Below are positions 25,701-31,882 of a DNA stretch of 32,000 nt, piece after piece. Each line of letters opens with the position of its first letter. The first letter of the stretch is position 1. The DNA comes from an uncultured delta proteobacterium. GTDB taxonomy: Bacteria; Myxococcota_A; Polyangia; Polyangiales; Polyangiaceae. Under the pieces are notes generated by a model. The model was given only the letters and a program-made list of their open reading frames with translations. It was not told the DNA's origin and made no database searches. The stretch covers positions 2,809,474 through 2,841,473 of the forward strand of contig CAWAIF010000003.1 of NCBI GenBank assembly GCA_963782055.1, read 5' to 3'. The position numbers and the translations under genes are program-made.

Positions 25701-26507
25701 GCCCTGACCGGCGCCTGGGTCGACCCGGACGCCGGCACCATGGGCACCATCGTGCTGGAGATGGGCGGCAGCTCGCGCCTCTGCGCCATGCTGGAGCCGG
25801 GCGAGCCCGTCGTCCTGATGGGCCCGACGGGCACACCCACCGAGATCGCGCCCAAGGAGACGGTCCTCCTCTGCGGCGGGGGCCTCGGCAACGCGGTGCT
25901 CTTCTCCATCGCCCGGGCCTTCAAGGCGCTCGGCAGCACCGTGCTCTACTTCGCCGGCTACAAGGACGGCGCCGACGTCTTCCGCATGGATGACATCGAG
26001 CGCTACTCCGACCAGGTGGTGTGGGCCACCGACGGCGGCGAGGCGATCGCGCCCCGGCGGGAGCAGGACGCCCACTTCCGCGGGAACGTGGTGCAGGCGA
26101 TGCTCGCCTACGCCGGAGGGAAGCTCGGCAAATCGCTGGTGCGCCTCTCCGACGTCAACCGCATCATCGCCATCGGCTCCGACCGGATGATGGCCGCGGT
26201 GAAGGACGCCCGCCACGGCGTGCTCCTGCCGTACCTCGACCGCCGCCACGTCGCCATCGGCAGCATCAACTCGCCGATGCAGTGCATGATGAAGGAGGTC
26301 TGCGCGCAGTGCCTCCAGCGTCAGGTGGACCCGAAGACGGGCAAGGAGACGGTGGTCTTCACCTGCTTCAACCAGGACCAGGACCTGGACGCGGTGGACT
26401 TTGGGCACCTGCGCCAGCGCCTGCGCGCCAACAGCATGCAGGAGAAGCTCTCCAACGCCTGGCTGGACGTGCTGCTGAAGGAGAACCCCACCCTGCTGCA
26501 GGTGTAG
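22770..26507 (+). CDS. 1245-aa multidomain Fe-S flavoprotein: unknown N-domain + GltD/NfnB-like (2x[4Fe-4S], FAD/NAD(P)H) + PyrK/NfnA-like (FAD, NAD(P)H, [2Fe-2S])
   Basis: ATG lies 4 nt after the yggX stop.
- aa ~310-391: CLYCHGRDKDSC..GCPLEEKISE..HRICNDCMKAC, a GltD-type Cys pattern.
- aa ~446: VLVVGLGPAGYTLAHHL dinucleotide fold.
- VVIGGGLTAIDTATE, a second fold.
- From aa ~900: FNR/PyrK-like module (HPGQFYRLQ, LLCGGGLGNAVLFSIA) ending in the [2Fe-2S] motif MQCMMKEVCAQC..FTCFNQDQ.
The first ~300 aa are unrecognised. Confidence 0.8.
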   Translation: MSAAKSPPGPYARVARDELALGVAGFTWADLFDPPRLRDLHQVFDEQFRERAPDAWATFDAYRRCQGEGMTPEQRSEALLAAAPHVSAFLAQLFAVGDEVVEVKEEVHSRDPLWHFKKDFAKKRVLKADAGRSWTHGDALAHEAARLALHVVTETDGADEELRVAEGTLQVLAVDDVARKVKKQGGAQWTDELRARARALREALGANAELAPLLPQGDDTLGDVAGLVLDALEHELARRHADPADPASRWPSLHQPHNLDYAHLVQLRRPDPKLPELFVGPEHERRQRDSFRLTDKRGSAREVEQEVDYCLYCHGRDKDSCSKGFRDKGGGYKKNPLGVELQGCPLEEKISEMHVMRRQGDVVAALALVTVDNPMTPGTGHRICNDCMKACVFQKQEPVNIPQVETRVLTEVLTLPWGLEIYSLLTRWNPLNVRRPYAKPYNGRNVLVVGLGPAGYTLAHHLASEGFGVTAVDGLKLEPLPFSLTGGYPGSPEDGGYLPPEPIKDARSIYGRLDERILLGFGGVSEYGITVRWDKNFLTLTYMTLARNRHVRMYGGIRFGGTLTLEDAWDLGFDHVAIAAGAGRPTLIDIKNNLARGIRKASDFLMALQLTGAYKKTSIANLQVSLPAVVIGGGLTAIDTATELLAYYCVQIEKTVERYEGLRATLSEAQVRALFDDEEWGEMQEHLGHGRQLLAEKATAKREGRPPNVQRLLDSWGGVTLVYRKSLADSPAYRLNHEEVIKSLEEGVRYVEGLSPTEAVLNDSGAVRAMKFVRKDGSVVELPARTVCVAAGTSPNISYQKEHSGSFVLDAKNRYFLAHRAAVDAAGHVTLAPAEDISEGFFTSYLQGDRTVSFYGDNHPHYAGSVVKAMASAKDGYPHVAALFPEIARLDPAAQPSRDEALRAMFAKLDDQLLARVVEVKRLTRTIVEVVVRAPMAARKFHPGQFYRLQNFETRAPVVGGKDTAGAAGTRLAMEGLALTGAWVDPDAGTMGTIVLEMGGSSRLCAMLEPGEPVVLMGPTGTPTEIAPKETVLLCGGGLGNAVLFSIARAFKALGSTVLYFAGYKDGADVFRMDDIERYSDQVVWATDGGEAIAPRREQDAHFRGNVVQAMLAYAGGKLGKSLVRLSDVNRIIAIGSDRMMAAVKDARHGVLLPYLDRRHVAIGSINSPMQCMMKEVCAQCLQRQVDPKTGKETVVFTCFNQDQDLDAVDFGHLRQRLRANSMQEKLSNAWLDVLLKENPTLLQV

Positions 26508-26516
26508 CAGGTGTAG
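26499..26516 (+). repeat. Perfect 9-bp tandem duplication CAGGTGTAG x2 that includes the stop codon
   Basis: ..CTG CAG GTG TAG CAG GTG TAG CGG: the last two codons plus TAG are duplicated in frame. Confidence 0.9.
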
Positions 26517-26533
26517 CGGAGGGCCCGCGTGCG

Positions 26534-26551
26534 GGGCGGCCCGTGCCGCCC
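26534..26551. terminator. GC hairpin between convergent genes (possible bidirectional terminator)
   Basis: GGGCGGC-CCGT-GCCGCCC, a 7-bp stem with a 4-nt loop. There is no T tract on either side, so the function is uncertain. Confidence 0.3.
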
Positions 26552-26558
26552 GGTGCGA

Positions 26559-27632
26559 TCAGTTGACCTTGCCGTTGGTCACGCAGCCGAAGACGATGTC
26601 GACCTTGCCCGACTTGTCCTTTTGCACCGCGTCGCACGTGGTGCCGCAGAGGATGATCTTGCTCGGGTTGGTCGGGTCGTCGTAGTGCCAGCCGCTTCCG
26701 CCGTTGCAGCTCTCGTTGTAGGTGAGCGTCTGCGGGCTGGCGTTGGTGGGCGTGAAGACCACGTTGACCTTGTTCGGGTCGAGCGTCTCGCCGTTGGGGG
26801 GCGCGGGGATGGCGTACTCGCACGCCAGCGTCAGGCCGCGGATGGCGTCCAGCGCCTTCTCGAAGTCCTGCGAGGTCTGCTGGGGGTTGTTGGTGGAGAC
26901 GATCGTCGCCTGACCGGTGCCGCCCGCCTTCGCGATGGTGTCCAGGTTGGCGGTGTTGCCGATGCCGATGACGAAGGTGGGGACCGACCCCGCCATCGCC
27001 GCGGCCGCCGCCGAGACGTTGTTGACGGAGCTGCTGCAGTCGTTGGGCTCGCCGTCGGTCACCAGCACGACCGCCGCCTTGGTCCCCACGTTCTGCTGCT
27101 GCTGGTCCGCGGCGTACTGCAGGGCGCCCTGCAGCGCCGGGTGCGTGGGCGTGCCGCCGCCGGGGGAGTTGGCGTTCATCGCGTTGGCGAAGTCCTTCGA
27201 GTTGGGCAGGGGCCGCATCGAGACCGACGGCGTGGAGTAGCTCGTCGTGGTGCACTCGTTGTTGTTCTGCGGGAAAAACTGCAGCGACGCGGAGAGACCG
27301 GCGGACTTGGGGTCGGCGAAGAAGCCAGTGAGCCCCTGCTTGCACGACGTCCACTTGCTGCTCTGCCCCATGCTGCCCGACTTGTCGAACATCACGACGA
27401 GGTCGACAGGGATGGGCTTCGGCGTGGCGGTGGAGGAGGCGCAGTTGTCCAGGCTGGAGCCGTCGCCGCCGGCGTCGCCGGTGCCGACGAAGCCGGGCGC
27501 CCCGCCGTCGCCGTTGCCTCCGTTGATCCCGTTGCCGTCGCCGGGGAAGGCGCTACCCGGATCGCTCCCGCACGCCACGACGGCGAGTGCACAGAAGACA
27601 GCAGACGCGGCGAGGGTGCGAGACAAGATCAC
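26559..27632 (-). CDS. von Willebrand factor A (VWA) domain lipoprotein
   Basis: GTG 27632 is preceded by AAGGAGGTG. (M)ILSRTLAASAVFCALAVVA/C provides a lipobox, followed by a Gly/Asp-rich linker. The MIDAS motif is VVMFDKSGSM and the VWA core is VVLVTDGEPN. The C-terminal region is Cys-rich. Confidence 0.8.
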   Translation of the reverse strand: MILSRTLAASAVFCALAVVACGSDPGSAFPGDGNGINGGNGDGGAPGFVGTGDAGGDGSSLDNCASSTATPKPIPVDLVVMFDKSGSMGQSSKWTSCKQGLTGFFADPKSAGLSASLQFFPQNNNECTTTSYSTPSVSMRPLPNSKDFANAMNANSPGGGTPTHPALQGALQYAADQQQQNVGTKAAVVLVTDGEPNDCSSSVNNVSAAAAAMAGSVPTFVIGIGNTANLDTIAKAGGTGQATIVSTNNPQQTSQDFEKALDAIRGLTLACEYAIPAPPNGETLDPNKVNVVFTPTNASPQTLTYNESCNGGSGWHYDDPTNPSKIILCGTTCDAVQKDKSGKVDIVFGCVTNGKVN

Positions 27633-27826
27633 GGGTCACCTCCTTGAGCACGGCTCCGAGCTCGGCCTCTCTGCAACCCGCGAGCCAGGCGTGACGGACG
27701 CCCGCACTGTGACTCTACCGCCGGATCGTACGGTCAGGGGTCGCGCCCTCCGTCTGGTGGGGTCCGGCTGGTGGTCGGGCGATCCACCCCGATCCGCGCG
27801 ACGCTCTTGTTTCCAGGGCGCGGGCC

Positions 27827-28576
27827 GTGCCTAATGGCGCCCCCGTGGCGACCCGCTACCACATCGGCGCGAAGCAGCTGGAGAGCAACGTCTCCTCGTA
27901 CGCGAAGCGCTTCGACTTCCTGGAGGTGCGCATGCCCTCCTTCGCGGAGCGCGGACCGTCGCTGGCCTTGCTCCGTCGCTGGCGCAAGCAGGTGCCGCCG
28001 CACTTCGACTTCTCGGTGGTGGTGGGACCCACGGCGTCGCACCTGCGACCTGGCAGGGAACACGACGAGGAGATCGACGCCGCCCTCGCGGCGGCCGACG
28101 CGCTGCAGGCGCGGTGCATGCTGGTGGTGACGCCGGTGGAGGTCAGCCCCGCGGCGGTGTGGCGGGACCGCCTCGCCAAGTTCGCGGCGCGCGTGCACCG
28201 GGACGCCACCCACCTGGCATGGGAGCCGCGCGGCCCGTGGGAGACGGAGGACGCACGCCGCCTGGCGCGCGGGCTGGAGCTGGTGCTCTCGGTCGATCCC
28301 GCGCGCGATCCGGTGCCTCCCGGCAGCGTGGCGTACTGCCGGCTGCGCGCGCTCGGCGAGACGCGCTCCTTCGGTGCGGCCGCCCTCGAGCGCGTGGTCG
28401 CCAACATCGGCACCCGTCGCGACGCCTACGTGGTCATCGAGACGAGCTCCGCGCTCGCCGAGTGCAAGCGCCTGCGGCAGATCGTGCAGCGCCCGGCGCG
28501 GCGCGAGGGCGGCTTCGGCCGGGTGGTGCGGCCCCGCGCAACAATAATGAAGGTGAAGGACGACGAGCAGGAATGA
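27827..28576 (+). CDS. DUF72 (UPF0759) family protein
   Basis: YHIGAKQLE..SSYAKRFDFLEVRM....LLRRWRKQVPPHFDFSVV fits the DUF72 N-terminal pattern (G..GW..Y...F..vE.N.tFY....W....P..F.F.vK). The start could be GTG 27827 or GTG 27845. Confidence 0.65.
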   Translation: MPNGAPVATRYHIGAKQLESNVSSYAKRFDFLEVRMPSFAERGPSLALLRRWRKQVPPHFDFSVVVGPTASHLRPGREHDEEIDAALAAADALQARCMLVVTPVEVSPAAVWRDRLAKFAARVHRDATHLAWEPRGPWETEDARRLARGLELVLSVDPARDPVPPGSVAYCRLRALGETRSFGAAALERVVANIGTRRDAYVVIETSSALAECKRLRQIVQRPARREGGFGRVVRPRATIMKVKDDEQE

Positions 28577-29571
28577 CGTCCCCGACGTTCGCCGTCGCGG
28601 CCACGTCCCCGGACGTCCAGGGCGCAGCCGCCGCGATGCTCCCGCGCGGCAACGCGCTCGATGCCGTCCTCGCCGCGGTGCTCGCCGCCGGCGCGGTGCA
28701 TCGCGGCGTGCTCCTCGGGCCCGTGCAGATCCTCGTCGCCGGGCCCGGCGTCGGCGCGCGCGCGGTGGACGGGCGCGTGCGGCAGCCTGGCGCCGGCGGC
28801 TCGCGTCCCCGCGGCTTTGTTCCGGAGGAGACCATCCCCCCCGCGGCCCGCGCCGGCGCGCCGTGTCTGTTCGCGGCGGTCGCCGCGGCGCTCGCCTCCT
28901 TCGGGTCGGCGACGCTCGCGCGGGTCGCGGCCCCCGCGGTGGAGCTCGCGCGCTCCGCCTCTGCGCCGCGGGCCAAGCTGCTCACCGCCTTCTCCCGCCG
29001 CGGACCGGGGGTGCTCCAAAACGACGCCTTTCGCGACCCGCTCGTGGCGGCGTGCGGGCGTCTGGCGGGAGGGACGCTCGTCGACGCCGACCTGGTGCCT
29101 CGCCCGGAGGTGACGGCGTGCGCGGTGGAGCGCCTGGACGGCTACCGCGTGGCGCGCGCGCCCTGGGCCGAAGAGGCGGCTCCGAGCGACACCACGCACG
29201 TCGTCGTCGCCGCCGACGGCAGGGGGATGCTCGCGATCGCCTGTTACGAGGCGGGCCGCGCCGGCTTCGCGATCGAGGAGCTGGAGCTGGAGATGCCGCT
29301 GGTGGCGCAGCCGGTGCTTCGTGGCCAGCGCCGCACGCCCCCCGGCGAGCCCATTCCCGCGGCGTGCCCCATCGCCCTCTGCGGGCCGAAGAGCTACGAG
29401 ATCGCCCTGGGCTTCGAGGCCAGTCCCCGCGCCGCGGCGAGCCTGGCGAAGGCGGCCCTGCGCCTGGCGGCGGGGGACACGCTGGAGTCCGCGGCGGCGG
29501 GCGAGCGCCTGCGCGCGGTGGTCCGGGCGGACGCGTCGGCGCGGCGAGCCCGGGCCTACACCCTGGGCTGA
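28573..29571 (+). CDS. Short, divergent gamma-glutamyltransferase (Ntn-hydrolase) family protein
   Basis: ATG 28573 overlaps the DUF72 stop (ATGA). The 332-aa product aligns by eye to E. coli GGT blocks:
- GNALDAVLAAVLA (GGNAVDAAVA)
- APCLFAAVAAALASFGSATLARVAAPAVELAR (TPGTVAGF..ALDKYGT..L..V.PA..LAR)
- GGTLVDADL (GGLITKEDL)
- the nucleophile context DTTHVVVAADGRG (QTTHYSVVDKDGN)
It is about 200 aa shorter than normal GGTs and lacks the GG oxyanion motif. Confidence 0.55.
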   Translation: MTSPTFAVAATSPDVQGAAAAMLPRGNALDAVLAAVLAAGAVHRGVLLGPVQILVAGPGVGARAVDGRVRQPGAGGSRPRGFVPEETIPPAARAGAPCLFAAVAAALASFGSATLARVAAPAVELARSASAPRAKLLTAFSRRGPGVLQNDAFRDPLVAACGRLAGGTLVDADLVPRPEVTACAVERLDGYRVARAPWAEEAAPSDTTHVVVAADGRGMLAIACYEAGRAGFAIEELELEMPLVAQPVLRGQRRTPPGEPIPAACPIALCGPKSYEIALGFEASPRAAASLAKAALRLAAGDTLESAAAGERLRAVVRADASARRARAYTLG

Positions 29572-29602
29572 TTGGGCAGACAGAGGCGGAGCGACTCGAC
29601 GA

Positions 29603-29827
29603 TCAGAGCTTCACGCCGTGGCGCTTGGCGTAGGCGGTGATGCCGATCTTGTCGATCGTCCGGATGTCGCGCGTCGTCAGGTTGAGCGTGACGAACTTCT
29701 TCAGCTCGGGCACCCACACACGGCGCGTCTGGACGTTGATGTTCTGCCAGCGCTTCGTCTTGATGTTGGAGTGCGAGACGTTCTGCGCCTTGAGCTTACG
29801 CTTGCCGGTGATGTCGCTGCGGGCCAT
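29603..29827 (-). CDS. rpmB: 50S ribosomal protein L28
   Basis: MARSDITGKRKLKAQNVSHSNIKTKRWQNINVQTRRVWVPELKKFVTLNLTTRDIRTIDKIG... follows the classic L28 pattern (C/D..TGK....GN.VSH....TKR...PN.Q......). SD GAGGA lies upstream. Confidence 0.9.
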   Translation of the reverse strand: MARSDITGKRKLKAQNVSHSNIKTKRWQNINVQTRRVWVPELKKFVTLNLTTRDIRTIDKIGITAYAKRHGVKL

Positions 29828-29853
29828 GACGACGGATCCTCGAGTTTTCACGA

Positions 29854-29900
29854 CCTTCGGCCCCTTGGCCCGGACACGAATTCCGGGCGGACCCCGAAGG
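29854..29900 (-). promoter_or_regulatory. Two-tier stem-loop in the rpmB 5' leader (candidate regulatory structure)
   Basis: The outer 7-bp helix pairs CCTTCGG (29854-29860) with CCGAAGG (29894-29900). It encloses an inner 7-bp helix, 29868-29874 with 29882-29888, that has a 7-nt loop. The structure lies 27 nt upstream of the ATG. A perfect -35-like TTGACA (minus strand, 29935-29940) lies further upstream. Confidence 0.3.
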
Positions 29901-29936
29901 AATGGGCGCGGAAAGTGCTCGACGCGGGTCGCTTTG

Positions 29937-30773
29937 TCAAGGGGACTTTCCCCGGGCGCCGCCGGGGCTCGCCGCGCCGAGGCGGGCGACCAGATCGGCG
30001 CAGAAGGCGCGGGTCTTCTCGAAGCCGCCGGGGTGCAGCCGCAGCGTCGTCTCGTCCATGTAGAGCCGCCGGGCGAGCTCCACCTGGATGGCGTGCACGT
30101 CGCTGGCGGGATCCCCGTAGTGCCGGGTGGTGTACCCGCCACGGTAGGGGTCGTCGTGGCGGACGGTCAGGCCGACCTCCAGCGCGTGCCCCTCCACCTC
30201 GTCGATGAGCGGGCCCGCCGCCGTCGTGCGGCCCTGCGTGCCCGGCACCACGTCCGCCCGGCGCACCCCCGCGTCGCCGTGGCCGCTGCGCCCGATGCTC
30301 GGCATGGAGTGGCCCGCGAGCACCACGACGTAGCCGAACCGCGCCCGCTTTCGCTCGATCTCCGCGTGAAGGGCCTCGTGATAGGGCTGGTGGATGGTGG
30401 CCAGCCGCTCGTCCAGCTCCGCCGGCGTGAGGGGGGCGGACAGGCACCGCTCGCCCTCCGTCGTCAGCCGCCAGATCACGCCGCGCGGGGCGCGCCGGCC
30501 GGGAGGGCCGCCCGCCACAGCCTCGCCGTCGTAGTCGTCCTGCCCGCGGTTGAGGTCGACCACGTAGCGAGAGACATGGGACACGAGGAGGGTGGCGCCC
30601 AGGTCCGGCGCGCTCTCGTAGAGCTCGTCGACGAACAGGTCGGCGTCCCGGGCGATGGAACGAAGCGGCGCGAGGAGCCGGAGGGCGATGTGAGGCGGGA
30701 CGAGCACTCCGGCGTGAGGCACCTCCACGATGACCGGTGTCTCCCGCGCCCGCGGCGGGGTCAGGGTGAACAT
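29937..30773 (-). CDS. N-formylglutamate amidohydrolase family protein (FGase, HutG-like)
   Basis: ATG 30773, 278 aa. PVIVEVPHAG..VP, SRYVVDLNR, VVLAGHSMPS and YRGGYTTRHYG..DVHAIQVELAR.LYMDE are typical of PF05013 FGase proteins. The rest of ORF 29937..31859 is shadow frame. The start could alternatively be GTG 30779. Confidence 0.75.
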   Translation of the reverse strand: MFTLTPPRARETPVIVEVPHAGVLVPPHIALRLLAPLRSIARDADLFVDELYESAPDLGATLLVSHVSRYVVDLNRGQDDYDGEAVAGGPPGRRAPRGVIWRLTTEGERCLSAPLTPAELDERLATIHQPYHEALHAEIERKRARFGYVVVLAGHSMPSIGRSGHGDAGVRRADVVPGTQGRTTAAGPLIDEVEGHALEVGLTVRHDDPYRGGYTTRHYGDPASDVHAIQVELARRLYMDETTLRLHPGGFEKTRAFCADLVARLGAASPGGARGKSP

Positions 30774-30825
30774 CCTCACGGGGCACACCCTAACACCGGA
30801 ATCGGGCCAGGCGGCCGCCCGGCCG

Positions 30826-30854
30826 CCCCCACCCCCCCCAGCCCCACCGCCCCC
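30826..30854 (-). other. G-quadruplex-capable G-run cluster (minus strand) / C-run cluster (plus strand) in the xerD-FGase intergenic region
   Basis: Plus-strand C runs of 5, 8, 4 and 5 nt are separated by 1-4 nt (CCCCCACCCCCCCCAGCCCCACCGCCCCC). Confidence 0.5.
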
Positions 30855-30988
30855 GCGTCGCATTGCTGCCATGCTTGCAATGGGACGTTTGGCCCACCGC
30901 GCGAGGGGAAAGCCCTGGCGGCGGGCACAATAACGACCGGTCGGTTTGATGTCCGGCCGCCACGGGGCGCGCCGCCGTCGTGGCTGAC

Positions 30989-31873
30989 TCACGCCCGCGG
31001 GTGCGCCTTCGTGTACGCGGCCTGGACGTGGTCCTGCGCGACGCGCGTGTAGATCTCGGTCGTCGCCAGGTCGGCGTGCCCGAGCATCGCCTGCACCGCG
31101 CGCAGGTCGGCGCCGCCGCGAAGCAGGTGGGTCGCGAAGGAGTGCCGCAGCTTGTGGGGGGAGACGGGCAAGGAGACGCCCGCCGCCCGCGCGTAGCGCT
31201 TCAGCAGCTTCCAGAATCCTTGACGCGTCAAGCGTCTGCCGCTCGGCGAGAGGAAGAGCGCGCTCTCGCCGGCCCGCGCCAGCGCCGGCCGCACCTCCGC
31301 CAGGTACTCCTCCACGTGCACGAGCGCCACCTCTCCGACGGGCACCAGCCGGCGCTTGCCGCCCTTGCCGAGCACCGACACCACGCCGCGCTCGCGATCC
31401 AGGTCGCCCACGCGCAGGGCGCACAGCTCCGAGACGCGCAGCCCGCACGCGTACATCAGGTGGATCATCGCGCGGTCGCGCACGCCGCGCCGGGTCACGA
31501 TGGCGGGGCGCCCGGCGATCGCCTCGATGTCCTCCTGCCCGAGCACCTTCGGCAGCCGCCGGCCGAGGCGCGGTCGCTCCACCAGGGCGGTGGGATCCTC
31601 GGCGATGGCCTTCTCCCGGACGAGGAACTTGAAGAAGCCGCGGATCGCCGAGAGCTGCCGCGCGCTCGAGCGCGCGCCGAAGCCGCGCCTGACGTTCTCG
31701 GTGAGCAGGGCCGCGAGCTCTCCCGCGCCCACCTCTCGTGGCCCCGCGCGGTCGCCCGCGTGCGTCGCCAGGCGGTTCAGGTCCCGGGAGTAGGCCTCGA
31801 GGGTGTTGGCCGCCAGCCCGCGCTCCACGCGCAGGTGATCGAGGTAGGCGTCGATCCACCCGGAGAGGTCCAC
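30989..31873 (-). CDS. xerD: Site-specific tyrosine recombinase XerD
   Basis: GTG start. Colinear with E. coli XerD: LEAYSRDL, SSARQLSAIRGFFKFLVREK...DP, LP..L, RDRAM..LMYACGLRVSEL, V.GKG.KERLVP.G, LTRQGFW, PH.LRHSFATHLL..GADLR.VQ.MLGH.DL.TT.IYT.V, and the terminal AHPRA. Confidence 0.85.
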   Translation of the reverse strand: MDLSGWIDAYLDHLRVERGLAANTLEAYSRDLNRLATHAGDRAGPREVGAGELAALLTENVRRGFGARSSARQLSAIRGFFKFLVREKAIAEDPTALVERPRLGRRLPKVLGQEDIEAIAGRPAIVTRRGVRDRAMIHLMYACGLRVSELCALRVGDLDRERGVVSVLGKGGKRRLVPVGEVALVHVEEYLAEVRPALARAGESALFLSPSGRRLTRQGFWKLLKRYARAAGVSLPVSPHKLRHSFATHLLRGGADLRAVQAMLGHADLATTEIYTRVAQDHVQAAYTKAHPRA

Positions 31874-31882
31874 CCCGCGATC

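Noticed and set aside
29834-29883. GGATCCTCGAG (BamHI + XhoI) followed 34 nt later by GAATTC (EcoRI), which looks like a cloning-site remnant.
   Set aside because: The sites sit in a native context (the SD GAGGA and ATG of rpmB, and a leader hairpin). There is no vector-like sequence, and such 6-mers are expected by chance.
30861-30882. TGGCA/TTGCA-like elements suggesting a sigma54 promoter upstream of the FGase gene. A similar TGGCAG occurs upstream of the MarR gene near 16215.
   Set aside because: The GG-to-GC spacing is wrong on both strands (2 or more nt off the TGGCAC-N5-TTGC geometry).
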